Part shown: positions 1 through 9,333 of the stretch, in pieces | How the letters are laid out: the number at the start of each line of letters is the position of its first letter | Numbering within the stretch: position 1 is the stretch's first letter | NCBI GenBank assembly: GCA_964641225.1 | Contig: CAZXKC010000001.1 | Span: forward strand, 23,268 to 87,267 | Length of the DNA stretch: 64,000 bases | Reading direction: 5' to 3' | From: an uncultured Candidatus Saccharibacteria bacterium | Lineage (GTDB): Bacteria; Patescibacteriota; Minisyncoccia; UBA6257; 1-14-0-10-44-23 | The notes under the pieces: generated by a model | The model's input: only the letters and a program-made list of their open reading frames with translations | What the model was told of the DNA's origin: nothing | The model's database searches: none | Program-made: the position numbers and the translations under genes

Positions 1-690
1 CGCGGAAAAATTCTCAACGTTGAAAAGAGCCGCATCGACAAGATGCTGCTCAACAAAGAAATCAAATCGCTTGTGATTGCGCTCGGTACGGCGATCGCAG
101 AGTCGTTTGATCTGACCAAATTGCGGTACCACAAGATCATCATCATGACCGACGCTGACGTGGACGGTAGTCACATTCGAACGTTGCTTTTGACGCTCTT
201 CTATCGCTACTTCCCGCAACTCGTTGAGCAGGGGCACATTTATGCTGCCCAGCCGCCACTATACATGATTAATAAAGGAAAGGAGATTCGCTATGCTTAT
301 AAAGAGGCGGATAAGGATAAGATCATCAAAGAGTTGCTCGCGCTAAAAGCTGCGGCAAAGGCAGAGAAAAAGGCTAAGGCTGCAAAAGGTGAAGAAAAGA
401 CTGAAGAGGTAGCCGAAGAAATTCTCTCTGAAGCGGCATCCGCAGAATCAGTTGGTGAGGGAGAGCTTAAGGGTATTAAGCTCCAGCGCTTTAAGGGTCT
501 TGGAGAAATGAACGCCGACCAGCTTGGTGATACAACGATGAACCCGGAGAATCGCAAGCTCAAACAGATCACGATTGCTGACGCAAAAGATGCTGATCAC
601 TTGTTTGATATTTTGATGGGTGAGGAGGTTGCCCCGCGTGCAAAGTTTATTCAGAGCCACGCTCAGTACGTAAAAAATTTGGATATCTAG
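1..690 (+). CDS. gyrB: DNA gyrase subunit B, C-terminal part (5' truncated by window)
   Basis: Frame 1 opens RGKILNVEK; TOPRIM motif [14 protein letters not shown]; RFKGLGEMN; ends KNLDI; K/A/E-rich insertion before QRFKGLG. Confidence 0.97.
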   Translation, partial: RGKILNVEKSRIDKMLLNKEIKSLVIALGTAIAESFDLTKLRYHKIIIMTDADVDGSHIRTLLLTLFYRYFPQLVEQGHIYAAQPPLYMINKGKEIRYAYKEADKDKIIKELLALKAAAKAEKKAKAAKGEEKTEEVAEEILSEAASAESVGEGELKGIKLQRFKGLGEMNADQLGDTTMNPENRKLKQITIADAKDADHLFDILMGEEVAPRAKFIQSHAQYVKNLDI

Positions 691-691
691 T

Positions 692-813
692 AAACCGCCC
701 GCATTTGGCGCATTTCTTTGTTGCTGCGCTGTGGCTCTCCTTCGTCGTACCCATGTGTACGCCTCAGTCGTTCCTCGCTTGCGCCTTGAACTGCATCCAA
801 ATGCGGGCGGTTT
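692..813. repeat. 17-bp perfect inverted repeat between convergent genes
   Basis: AAACCGCCCGCATTTGG (692-708) and CCAAATGCGGGCGGTTT (797-813). Confidence 0.8.
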
Positions 814-845
814 TAAACAGCGAGAGGGCGGCGCGACGGTCTTCG

Positions 846-1112
846 TCACGCAGCCCTCTCAAGTGCTTCTTCGGCCTCTTCCCGCATGTGATTGCGCATT
901 TCCTCGTCATCATCGAAGTACGGACGTTCGCAGTGTTGGTGGAATCTCCACACCCACGCGTGGCTACCTCGAGCCCAGACCTCTCGGATGTATCTTTCTC
1001 CGGGATAGATAGAGTCAGGGCAGTTCCAGCACTCGTACACTTTTCGTGCTACCGCCTCATACCACCAAAGGAGGCGGCTATATGGTTCACGCGTAACTCG
1101 CGGCTTGCGCAT
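846..1112 (-). CDS. small hypothetical protein, possible Zn-binding (CxxC...HxxC)
   Basis: 88 aa ORF with strong SD AAAGGAGG upstream; CWNC and HQHC motifs. Confidence 0.55.
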   Translation of the reverse strand: MRKPRVTREPYSRLLWWYEAVARKVYECWNCPDSIYPGERYIREVWARGSHAWVWRFHQHCERPYFDDDEEMRNHMREEAEEALERAA

Positions 1113-1239
1113 GCGCGCCTCCTTTCGGGAGTTAGCTTATCGTATCTACCGGATTTTGACAATTTTTTCAGCTTCCTTTATAATCCCTGTAACGGACTGT
1201 GAGCTTAATCCCTCGCAGTTTTTTAAAACCCACAGAATT

Positions 1240-1425
1240 ATGAACAAGATCGCTGCATATTTTGCCGGTGCGCAACAGGAGTTTAAGCTCATTAAGTGGC
1301 CGACATTCATCGAGACCCGCAATTTAACGATTGTTGTTATCGGTGTTTCGCTCCTTATCGCTGTATTTTTGGGAATTTTTGATTATTTATTTACAACCGG
1401 GCTTACACAGGTAATTATTCAGTAA
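1240..1425 (+). CDS. secE: preprotein translocase subunit SecE
   Basis: EFKLIKWPT motif plus one TM helix, directly upstream of nusG; start reassigned to ATG 1240. Confidence 0.93.
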   Translation: MNKIAAYFAGAQQEFKLIKWPTFIETRNLTIVVIGVSLLIAVFLGIFDYLFTTGLTQVIIQ

Positions 1426-1426
1426 T

Positions 1427-1993
1427 ATGGAACCGCAGAACGAAGAAAAAGCAAAAATAAAACCGGCTCCGCGTCACTGGTATGCAGTGCACACGTATTC
1501 GGGTTATGAAGATGCTGTCACGCGTTACTTAAAGCAGCGCGTTGAGTCTTTAGAGATGGGCGACAAGATTTTTAATGTTATCGTTCCGAAAGAGAAAAAG
1601 ATCAAGATCAACAACGGGCGCCGCAAGGAGGTTGAAGAGAAGGTATACCCTGGATATGTTCTGGTAGACATGCTTCTGACTGATGATTCGTGGTACGTTG
1701 TGCGTAATACGCCGCGCGTAACCGGATTCGTTGGATCAGACAGCACCACGCCGACGCCGCTTTCACAGGCTGAGGTGGATGCGCTGATGGCAAAGATGGG
1801 CGGAGGCGACAAGAAGTTTACCGTTGATCTTAAGATTGGGGATATGGTCAAGATCACCGACGGTCCATTTAAGGATTATGACGGTAAGGTCAGTCAGGTG
1901 GACGAGAAGAGCGGCATGATCAAGGTGGTTATCGCAATTTTCGGTCGCGACACCGTGATGGAGCTCGACTCCTTGCAAGTTCACAAGCTTTAA
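1427..1993 (+). CDS. nusG: transcription termination/antitermination factor NusG
   Basis: WYAVHTYSGYE, YPGYVLV, VRNTPRVTGFVG, KOW motif ITDGPF. Confidence 0.98.
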   Translation: MEPQNEEKAKIKPAPRHWYAVHTYSGYEDAVTRYLKQRVESLEMGDKIFNVIVPKEKKIKINNGRRKEVEEKVYPGYVLVDMLLTDDSWYVVRNTPRVTGFVGSDSTTPTPLSQAEVDALMAKMGGGDKKFTVDLKIGDMVKITDGPFKDYDGKVSQVDEKSGMIKVVIAIFGRDTVMELDSLQVHKL

Positions 1994-2017
1994 AGTAATA
2001 TAGTAACTCTTAAACGT

Positions 2018-2443
2018 ATGGCCGCTAAACCAGTAAAAGCAGTTGTAAAGCTCCACATCGAAGCCGGCAAGGCAAATCCTGCGCCGCCGATTGGTACCGC
2101 GCTTGGTCCGCAGGGTATTAACATCATGAATTTTTGTAAGGAGTTTAATGCTGCCACTGCAAAAATGTCTGGTGATGTGATCCCAGCTGTAATCACGATC
2201 TATGAAGACCGCAGCTTTACCTTTATCACCAAGACTCCGCCGGCTTCATCTCTCTTGAAGAAGCTTGCCGGAATCGAAAAGGGTGCCGGTAACCCGCTCC
2301 TTAACAAGGTGGGTAAGGTCACTAAGGCGCAGCTCCGCCAGATTGCCGAACAGAAGCTCGTTGACCTGAACACGACTGATATTGATAAGGCGATGAGGAC
2401 GATCGCAGGAACGGCGAAGAACATGGGAATAGAGGTTGTGTAG
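2018..2443 (+). CDS. rplK: 50S ribosomal protein L11
   Basis: [31 protein letters not shown]. Confidence 0.98.
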   Translation: MAAKPVKAVVKLHIEAGKANPAPPIGTALGPQGINIMNFCKEFNAATAKMSGDVIPAVITIYEDRSFTFITKTPPASSLLKKLAGIEKGAGNPLLNKVGKVTKAQLRQIAEQKLVDLNTTDIDKAMRTIAGTAKNMGIEVV

Positions 2444-2477
2444 TCGCTACGAAATACGAACAATATACGAAAGTACA

Positions 2478-2515
2478 AAAACACAAACGGCGCCGGAAGG
2501 CGCCGTTTGTGTTTC
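2478..2515 (+). terminator. intrinsic terminator-like hairpin after rplK
   Basis: AAACACAAACGGCGCC-GGAA-GGCGCCGTTTGTGTTT. Confidence 0.8.
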
Positions 2516-2545
2516 AAGAAGAAATTGCTAGAATAGATGCACTAT

Positions 2546-3250
2546 ATGGCCAAGGGTAAGTTTATCGTAATTGAAGGAACGGACGGTTCAGGCAAGGCAA
2601 CGCAGACGCGGATGCTTGCAGAGCGTTTGGAGGCGGCAGGTTACCCTGTGCAGATATTTGATTTTCCGCAGTATTTTAAAACTTCGTCTGATTTCGTAAA
2701 AGCCTACCTGCAGGGCCGCTATGGAAGTATCAAGGAGGTGAGCGCTCAAAAGGCCTCTCTTTTGTACGCACTCGACCGGTTTGAGGCGGCTGCAGATATT
2801 CGTCGTGCACTTGATGAGGGCAAGATTGTCCTTGCTAACCGGTATGTCGCTTCAAACATGGGCCATCAGGGTGCAAAAATAAAATCAGCCGATGAACGGA
2901 TGCGATTTTTCCTGTGGGTGCAGGATTTAGAATTTAAAATTTTGGAAATTCCAAAGCCTGATTTAAATATCGTTTTGCATGTGCCCGCCATGGTCGCACA
3001 GGCGCTCGTTGATCAAAAAGTCGGCGAGGAGCGCGCCTATACCAAGGGCAAGGTGCGCGATATGCACGAATCAAATCTTCCGCATCTTAAAAAAGCTGAA
3101 ATGGTGTATCTTGAACTTGTGCGCCTGTTTCCAAAACAATTTACGATGCTTGAGTGCTATCGCCAGCAAAAGATGCTTTCAATGCAGCAGATTAATGAAA
3201 ATATCGTTGGCTTGGTGCGCAGCCGGCTCGGTATACAATTAGAAGTATGA
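2546..3250 (+). CDS. tmk: thymidylate kinase
   Basis: FIVIEGTDGSGKATQ P-loop; LYALDR; NRYVAS. Confidence 0.92.
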   Translation: MAKGKFIVIEGTDGSGKATQTRMLAERLEAAGYPVQIFDFPQYFKTSSDFVKAYLQGRYGSIKEVSAQKASLLYALDRFEAAADIRRALDEGKIVLANRYVASNMGHQGAKIKSADERMRFFLWVQDLEFKILEIPKPDLNIVLHVPAMVAQALVDQKVGEERAYTKGKVRDMHESNLPHLKKAEMVYLELVRLFPKQFTMLECYRQQKMLSMQQINENIVGLVRSRLGIQLEV

Positions 3251-4707
3251 CGCTTATCCCAGTAATAGGACTTGAGGTACACGCGGAATTGAAGACGCGT
3301 ACAAAAATGTTTTGTGCGTGTTTAAACGATCCGAATGAAACCCAGCCAAACGTGAATATCTGTCCAGTGTGCATGGCGTACCCGGGTGCATTGCCCGTGG
3401 CTAACAGGGCGGCGATTGAGAGCATGGTTAAGATTGGTATGGCTGTTGGCGGCGAGATTCCGGCGCTGTCTAAGTTTGACCGTAAAAATTATTTCTATCC
3501 CGATATTCCAAAGGGCTATCAGATTTCACAATATGACGTGCCCTTTGTATTTGGCGGTAGCTTGAAGGGGGTGAAGCTCACGCGCGTGCATTTGGAGGAG
3601 GATACAGCCAGCTCAACGCACCAGAAGGATGCCAGCGGCAAAGAGGTGACGCTCGTTGATTTTAACCGCGCCGGGTTACCACTAATGGAGCTCGTCACTG
3701 AGCCGGATATTCGGGATACGAAAAAAATAGGGGAGTTTGGGCGCGAGCTGCAGTTGTTGCTGCGCTACCTTGGCGTGTCTGATGCAGATATGGAAAAGGG
3801 GCAGATGCGTGTGGAGGTGAACTTGTCGCTCGGTACGATTGTGGACGGCGAGTTAAAATTTGGTACGAAAGTGGAGGTTAAAAATATCGCCTCATTTAAT
3901 ATGGCCGAACGCGCTGCGGAATATGAGATTAAACGACAGACTGAAATTTTAGAGGCGGGTGGAAAGATTGAACAAGAGACGCGCGGCTGGGACGATCCTC
4001 GTCAGAGAACGGTCAGCCAGCGCAAAAAAGAGAGCAGTCATGATTACCGCTATTTTCCGGAGCCTGATTTGCCGCCAGTTGATTTAGCTCAATTTGATTT
4101 TAAGGCGCTACGACTCTCTTTGCCGGAATTGCCCCCGGCAAAACGCGTGCGACTTGCGAGTGAATATGGTTTGAGTGCTGAGCAGATTGAGGTGCTTGTA
4201 TTTGATCGCGCGATCGCAGGGTTTTTTGAAAGTGTCGTTTCAGAATTAAAAGAAGAGTTAAAGGAGGCATTTAATCCGAAAAAGCATGTATCGTTGGCCG
4301 TAAATTATCTAACAAGCGACTTGAAAGGATTAATGGTGGCTGCAGAGGTTACTGATCCGGCAATGACTAAAGTTGCAGCTGAGAATCTTGCTGATCTTGT
4401 GATTTTGGTGGCATCGGACAAAATCACGAGCCGAGTAGCTAAGGATGTTCTTAAAAAAATGTTTGAGACGGGTGGCGACCCCAACGTCATCATTAAGGAG
4501 CAAGGCCTTGAACAAGTTTCCGATGAAGCGAGCCTTATTCCGGTCTGTCAGCAACTTATTGATGCAAACCCGGGCCCAGCGGCTGATTTTAAGGCCGGTA
4601 AAGAGGCGGCACTGATGTTTTTTGTCGGCCGTGCTATGGGCCAGCTCAAGGGCAAGGGTAACCCAGCCGTTCTTCAAAAGCTCTTTAGAGAACTGCTGAG
4701 TAAATAA
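3247..4707 (+). CDS. gatB: Asp-tRNA(Asn)/Glu-tRNA(Gln) amidotransferase subunit B
   Basis: VIGLEVHAEL, FDRKNYFYPD, DFNRAGLPLMELVTEPD, DYRYFPEPDL. Confidence 0.98.
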   Translation: MTLIPVIGLEVHAELKTRTKMFCACLNDPNETQPNVNICPVCMAYPGALPVANRAAIESMVKIGMAVGGEIPALSKFDRKNYFYPDIPKGYQISQYDVPFVFGGSLKGVKLTRVHLEEDTASSTHQKDASGKEVTLVDFNRAGLPLMELVTEPDIRDTKKIGEFGRELQLLLRYLGVSDADMEKGQMRVEVNLSLGTIVDGELKFGTKVEVKNIASFNMAERAAEYEIKRQTEILEAGGKIEQETRGWDDPRQRTVSQRKKESSHDYRYFPEPDLPPVDLAQFDFKALRLSLPELPPAKRVRLASEYGLSAEQIEVLVFDRAIAGFFESVVSELKEELKEAFNPKKHVSLAVNYLTSDLKGLMVAAEVTDPAMTKVAAENLADLVILVASDKITSRVAKDVLKKMFETGGDPNVIIKEQGLEQVSDEASLIPVCQQLIDANPGPAADFKAGKEAALMFFVGRAMGQLKGKGNPAVLQKLFRELLSK

Positions 4708-4711
4708 GTTT

Positions 4712-4912
4712 CTAAAACAGGGACTGGTAGCTGGTCAGCGTCCCTATAAATTTAGGTATTGCAAATACAAGTCCGAGAAGTGGTAAGACGATTACGGCTA
4801 TGCTGATGATCATTGTCCAGAGGAGATATTTACGTGTTTTGTTTGCAGCCGCATAGGTTGCGTCGATTTTTTGTTCAAGCGTCGTTAGGCGCTGCTGAAG
4901 TTCTGGGTCCAT
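4712..4912 (-). CDS. small single-TM hypothetical protein
   Basis: 66 aa, coiled N-terminus plus hydrophobic helix. Confidence 0.65.
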   Translation of the reverse strand: MDPELQQRLTTLEQKIDATYAAANKTRKYLLWTMIISIAVIVLPLLGLVFAIPKFIGTLTSYQSLF

Positions 4913-4932
4913 GTGTTTAGTGTAGCTCTGTT

Positions 4933-5439
4933 TTATAGATTACGCGAATCAATTGCCCAGTGCAGAAGAGCTTGTCGTTGGCGTGGCCTGCAAGAAAAGT
5001 CGCCGGGCCGGCACGCGTTAGTTAGTTGTGCGATATGACGTCCGATCGCCTTCCAGCGTTTAATCTGCCGCATATCGTCAGCGCCGCGTCTACCCATGTA
5101 ATACCGGCAATACCACTGAAACCAGCCGCGTGGATCATCGGGGTGAATCCAGTGTTTCTTACGCCAGATATCAAGTGGCTGCGAGGCGCGCACTTTAAAA
5201 AAGTTAATCTTTGGATCGTGTTTGAGCGGAGAGAGTTTCGCGTGCGTAAACCAATTTTTTGGAAATTCGTCTGCGCAATCAGTCATGTATTTACCGCCAA
5301 ATACGCCAAGGGCAAGCATCTCTGGTGGCGTTAGGTGTGGCTTAAATTGGGGATCAAAATGTGTACCAACCGGCACTGTGCGGTAGTAGACATATTGTTG
5401 TTGCATCAAGTCGTGTACAACGACTTTGACTGGTTTCAT
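4933..5439 (-). CDS. conserved hypothetical protein
   Basis: LTPPEMLALGVFGGKY and DPRGWFQWYCRYYMGRR look like conserved-family motifs; function unknown. Confidence 0.75.
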   Translation of the reverse strand: MKPVKVVVHDLMQQQYVYYRTVPVGTHFDPQFKPHLTPPEMLALGVFGGKYMTDCADEFPKNWFTHAKLSPLKHDPKINFFKVRASQPLDIWRKKHWIHPDDPRGWFQWYCRYYMGRRGADDMRQIKRWKAIGRHIAQLTNACRPGDFSCRPRQRQALLHWAIDSRNL

Positions 5440-5735
5440 CGGTGCTTATTTTCTTTAGCGAATTTTTTCTGAGCCTCTTGTGCGATTGCGATGCATTCTT
5501 CGGGATCGTAGCCCAGGTCATCACACCAGCGAATCGTTGAGAAAATCATATTGCCAAGTTCTTTTTTTAGGTCTGCATCAGTATGAGTTGTCGCATCTTT
5601 TTCTGCACCACGCTCCCAGCGACACATATCACCAAGGTTTTTACCCATGCGGACGATAATCTGGGCGAGAGTTAATTTTTCGTTGTCCCAAATATCCCGC
5701 GATTCTTTGAGTAATCCTTTGATATCCATGTGCAC
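5436..5735 (-). CDS. MazG-like NTP pyrophosphohydrolase-fold protein
   Basis: KKELGNMIF...DDLGYD resembles the MazG EELGD helix pattern. Confidence 0.55.
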   Translation of the reverse strand: MHMDIKGLLKESRDIWDNEKLTLAQIIVRMGKNLGDMCRWERGAEKDATTHTDADLKKELGNMIFSTIRWCDDLGYDPEECIAIAQEAQKKFAKENKHR

Positions 5736-5995
5736 TACTTTTTGTCTTTGCTGATAACGCGATCTATTAAGAAAAGAGCTACTCCGATGATAATTGTTAG
5801 AACAACTGCATAAACAAATTTTGCGAGGATTGAATCGGCGCCATCTGGAAAGAGAGATTTAATCAAAGAGGAGATTGCATCATTCCACGCCAGACCGATT
5901 ACCAATCCAAGAGCAGTGCCGATATACGTGAACATTCGACGTTGAACATCTTTCCGGGCCTCTGCGAGCGTACTTGTTTGTTTTTGTTCATCCAT
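5735..5995 (-). CDS. small membrane protein (DUF5654-like)
   Basis: ALGLVIGLAWNDAI; two TM helices. Confidence 0.7.
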   Translation of the reverse strand: MDEQKQTSTLAEARKDVQRRMFTYIGTALGLVIGLAWNDAISSLIKSLFPDGADSILAKFVYAVVLTIIIGVALFLIDRVISKDKK

Positions 5996-6027
5996 ATGTA
6001 GGTTAGTATAGCATTTTGCTTTGCCTA

Positions 6028-6073
6028 TTGAAAAAAGCCCTTTCTAGTAGTACTATTGAGCAACAATTTAATA
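6028..6073 (+). promoter_or_regulatory. sigma70-type promoter and leader for the tRNA transcript
   Basis: TTGAAA (6028-6033), 17 bp, TACTAT (6051-6056), then AACAATTTAATA. Confidence 0.65.
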
Positions 6074-6074
6074 T

Positions 6075-6203
6075 TCCGTCGTAAGCCCGTCGGGCTTTGC
6101 CCGAATCGGGGCGGGTTTGTCACTATCAGTTGCGGCTCCGCCGCTTTGTAGCCGTCCGCCAAAGGCGGACCGTGATAGTTCAGGTAGAACGCCTCGCTGC
6201 GGA
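6075..6203 (+). pseudogene. degenerate tRNA-Asn 5' half interrupted by a hairpin-rich insert
   Basis: TCCGTCGTA[6084-6175]TAGTTCAGGTAGAACGCCTCGCTG vs tRNA TCCGGAGTAGTTCAGTGGTAGAACGCCTCGCTG. Confidence 0.55.
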
Positions 6204-6226
6204 TTTCGGCTTTTTATTTTTTACAT

Positions 6227-6298
6227 TCCGGAGTAGTTCAGTGGTAGAACGCCTCGCTGTTAACGAGGATGTCGTAGGTTCGATCCCTACCTCCGGAG
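6227..6298 (+). tRNA. tRNA-Asn (GTT)
   Basis: Full cloverleaf: acceptor TCCGGAG/CTCCGGA, D stem GTTC/GAAC, anticodon arm CCTCG-CTGTTAA-CGAGG, T arm GTAGG-TTCGATC-CCTAC, discriminator G; followed by CCC, not CCA. Confidence 0.97.
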
Positions 6299-7768
6299 CC
6301 CGATAGTTAAGTCAGCGGTAGAAAGGATGGTATTAAAGGGTTTTCGCAAGGAAAACACTAGCTTTTTGCCGTCTAGCGACGGGTTCTGAAGTAAGAAGTT
6401 CAAAAATTGCCGTTTTTCAGGCACATCAGAACTCTTAAATATCTCAAGTGCCCGTTTTGCTAGGTTGAATATAGTGTTTGCCGTGATGTAGAACTCTTCG
6501 TCAGCATCGGAATGAATACGCATATCAGTAAGCAGTTCGGCTTGGCGGTCCTTGAACTCGCGGAACTTCTTGTCATACATTTCAGCGGTAATACAGCCGT
6601 CCAGCTTGTCATTGTACATTTTGCTGATGCGGTCCTCTATCGTGTCGTATTCTTTTTTCAAGTTGGTCATACTGACCTTGTGAAATGATGCCTCGCTATT
6701 GCCCATAGACCGCAGCCCTTCGGTTATTTCTTTGATACGCTCATCTGGCATCTGAATGTTGCCCAAAATCTCGTAGATGGGTTTCAGGAGCTCGCTTTCA
6801 GGCACATACGCACGCTTACACTGCTTTCGGTAATTAGTGCAGCTGTAGTAAATAAATGTGCGTCCGCTCTTTTTTGTTTTCATTTCAGGGCTGACGCCAC
6901 AGCCACATTTTGCACATTTAATTAGGCCACGGAAAATGAACGGCTTAGCAGCGAATTGAAATGGCTTTTTGTTCCAACTCTTACGTACCTCTTCGCACTT
7001 CTCAAAAAGCTCTCTAGCAATCAGATTGCCGTAGTTATGTGTATTCTCTCGTCCTTTATATCGCATCAGGCCACAGCAGAAAGGGTCTTGCAAGATATGT
7101 GCGACCATACTGATTGATAATGGCGTATCTTGAGCACTTTTCAGGCCGAGCTTAAACATCGCTTTGCGAATGATGTGATGCGAGCTATTACCCGTTGCAT
7201 ACATCTCAAACATTTTTGCAACGAGTGGGCCATCGTGTTCATCTATCTCAATAGTATGCTTGCCATCAACGCTAACAACATTTTTGTATCCTCTAGGAGC
7301 TTTGCTCGGCCATTCGTGATTATCAAACTTCTGCGTTAAGCTACGCTTCACGTCATCTGATAAGCGATTAAGGTACTGCTTAGCAAGAAATACCTTTGCT
7401 TCCCACATAAACATCTGGTTGCCCGTGGCTTCTTTATTGATGAAGAAACCATCTTTGACGAAGTGGATTTCTAGTCCCTCGTCTCGTCGCATCACGTCTA
7501 GGTCTACGGCATCCTTAAAATTGCGGGTAGCTCGGTCTACGTTTTCGCAGAGCAGGACCTTGATATTGTGTTTGCGAATATAGGCGATGACTTCTTCAAA
7601 CTTCTTACGGATTTTTGGGCCAGCACTTTCCGAGAAGCAAAACTCTTTAACTACTTCAAAGCCCTTTTTGGCGGCATACTTTCGCAAACTATCAATCTGG
7701 GCGGGCAGCGAGCGTCCCGTTTCTTCCTGCTCTTTCGTTGATACTCTCGCTAGAATGATTGCTTTCAT
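6287..7768 (-). CDS. large serine recombinase 1 (resolvase, recombinase, Zn-ribbon, coiled coil)
   Basis: ARVSTKEQ catalytic Ser motif, DRATRN, CAKCG...YYSC; stop codon lies inside the tRNA 3' end. Confidence 0.95.
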   Translation of the reverse strand: MKAIILARVSTKEQEETGRSLPAQIDSLRKYAAKKGFEVVKEFCFSESAGPKIRKKFEEVIAYIRKHNIKVLLCENVDRATRNFKDAVDLDVMRRDEGLEIHFVKDGFFINKEATGNQMFMWEAKVFLAKQYLNRLSDDVKRSLTQKFDNHEWPSKAPRGYKNVVSVDGKHTIEIDEHDGPLVAKMFEMYATGNSSHHIIRKAMFKLGLKSAQDTPLSISMVAHILQDPFCCGLMRYKGRENTHNYGNLIARELFEKCEEVRKSWNKKPFQFAAKPFIFRGLIKCAKCGCGVSPEMKTKKSGRTFIYYSCTNYRKQCKRAYVPESELLKPIYEILGNIQMPDERIKEITEGLRSMGNSEASFHKVSMTNLKKEYDTIEDRISKMYNDKLDGCITAEMYDKKFREFKDRQAELLTDMRIHSDADEEFYITANTIFNLAKRALEIFKSSDVPEKRQFLNFLLQNPSLDGKKLVFSLRKPFNTILSTADLTIGLRR

Positions 7769-7771
7769 AAT

Positions 7772-7948
7772 TTATTTTGTACTGACTTTTTTCAAGAACC
7801 CGTCAAACTCTTTTTTTCCGATACGAAACTCTTTGCCGATTTTATACGCTTTAAGCTTGCCTGCTTTGATATAGCGGTAGATTGTCATCACGTTAACGCG
7901 TAGTTTTGCTGCAAGTTCTTCTGCGAGATAAAAGTCGTGTTTAGTCAT
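7772..7948 (-). CDS. excisionase-like HTH (HTH_17/MerR-type), candidate directionality factor
   Basis: Not in ORF track; reads MTKHDFYLAEELAAKLRVNVMTIYRYIKAGKLKAYKIGKEFRIGKKEFDGFLKKVSTK; 3 bp upstream of LSR1. Confidence 0.85.
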   Translation of the reverse strand: MTKHDFYLAEELAAKLRVNVMTIYRYIKAGKLKAYKIGKEFRIGKKEFDGFLKKVSTK

Positions 7949-7994
7949 AGCTTATTTGGTTTAATTATACTTTACAATGCTTTACAGTGCAAAT

Positions 7995-8144
7995 CTAAGA
8001 AGTGGACAACCGTTTCCTTGCAATTCCCATTTTGATTAACCTAGAGCGTTGCCTGCTATATTCTAACGCTAGCTCTTTTTTCACGCCTTCCATAAAGAAA
8101 TCTACCGTCAAGACCTTCTTAGCTCGTTGTTGTTTTTTGTTCAT
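7995..8144 (-). CDS. 49-aa basic protein resembling the serine-recombinase helix E
   Basis: Manually translated MNKKQQRAKKVLTVDFFMEGVKKELALEYSRQRSRLIKMGIARKRLSTS. Confidence 0.5.
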   Translation of the reverse strand: MNKKQQRAKKVLTVDFFMEGVKKELALEYSRQRSRLIKMGIARKRLSTS

Positions 8145-8181
8145 AGTCGTCAATAATTATTGTTTAATGCTCCCATCCCTT

Positions 8182-9333
8182 CTATGGAGGGTGTCGCCAA
8201 GAGGACGGCGTTTCTATTGGACCAGCTCGTATGCGGAACGGCTTAAAACCATTAAGACTGTTGGCCACCTGCTTTACCCAGCCGTCATAGTTTTTATTTG
8301 AAATATCATCAATGAACTGAAGGTCTTTCGCGATGCGATACCACGTGCGGGTTGCTGCATACTTCTCAACGATTGCCCGCGTCTCTCGTATTCCTTCCTT
8401 GCTTAACGCTCGCAGCCCGACCAGATAGACTGCTTCCCTTGGTTTAATATTTGGTCTGTTTTTGAAAATCCGTTCCAAAGTTTTTTTTGGACTGCTGGCT
8501 ATATCAAACAGGAACATATTTTTGCCCGCTATAAGCTCCTGCCAATAGCTCAGTAGCACCTTCTGGCAAAGGGCCTCGTTGAACACATCCCTAAACGTTG
8601 GATTTTCCTTTAGGCCGAGCTGCTTCAGCACAGCATTGAGCTTTACCTTTTTCGCGAGCCGAACCTCAATCCGTAAAAGCTCTTTGTGCTCGCTCTTCGC
8701 TAGAACATCAAAGAGCGAACGCTGGACTTTATTTTGGTCCTTATCCATCGCTCGCTTCTCAGGCTTCTTGAGGTCTTGCACCTTGTCGTATATCACTAAT
8801 GAATGTGAGTTGGCATAAAACTGTAGCGATTGTCCGTCGTTGCGGAAGCTATCGCGGTTAAGGTCTAACTTCTTACTTACATCAACCTTATTTAATTCTT
8901 TAATAACAAAGGCCGACGTGTAGCCGTTGGTCAGTGGTATATTTTTTGAGGGATGGAATGCGGAGACCGAACCAGCTTCAATGTTCTTTTTCAGCACGTG
9001 TACGCCCATCTCAAAGAGTGCGTGTGTTAAGCACTCAACGACGGCATCAAAGTCGCTCTCTTGGACCTCATCCACGTTGTTGCCAAAGACCATTTTTGCG
9101 ACAGAAAACTCAATTTTGAGCGGTATTTGAATACCGTTTTCTGTCATCCTTTTCATCAGGGTCATTCGTGGCCGATACTTGCCCTTTTTCTTGTCCGAGG
9201 CGGTTGGGTTGTTCATACACTTCACTAGAAAATTACCTGAGCTATTAAGGATGTCGGCGTTAGGAGCAAACATATTCGGCTTAAGGATGCGATATTGGCC
9301 TTTAGGGATTGTGAGGATAACGGTGTCTAGCAT
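8182..9333 (-). CDS. phage/plasmid rolling-circle replication initiator (gpII/X, Rep_trans-like)
   Basis: MLDTV start, LKIEFSVAK..GNN, LVIYDK, LLRIEVRL motifs. Confidence 0.7.
   Translation of the reverse strand: MLDTVILTIPKGQYRILKPNMFAPNADILNSSGNFLVKCMNNPTASDKKKGKYRPRMTLMKRMTENGIQIPLKIEFSVAKMVFGNNVDEVQESDFDAVVECLTHALFEMGVHVLKKNIEAGSVSAFHPSKNIPLTNGYTSAFVIKELNKVDVSKKLDLNRDSFRNDGQSLQFYANSHSLVIYDKVQDLKKPEKRAMDKDQNKVQRSLFDVLAKSEHKELLRIEVRLAKKVKLNAVLKQLGLKENPTFRDVFNEALCQKVLLSYWQELIAGKNMFLFDIASSPKKTLERIFKNRPNIKPREAVYLVGLRALSKEGIRETRAIVEKYAATRTWYRIAKDLQFIDDISNKNYDGWVKQVANSLNGFKPFRIRAGPIETPSSWRHPP

Noticed and set aside
6097-6306. 69-aa ORF from the track
   Set aside because: Overlaps tRNA-Asn and its structured leader; spurious
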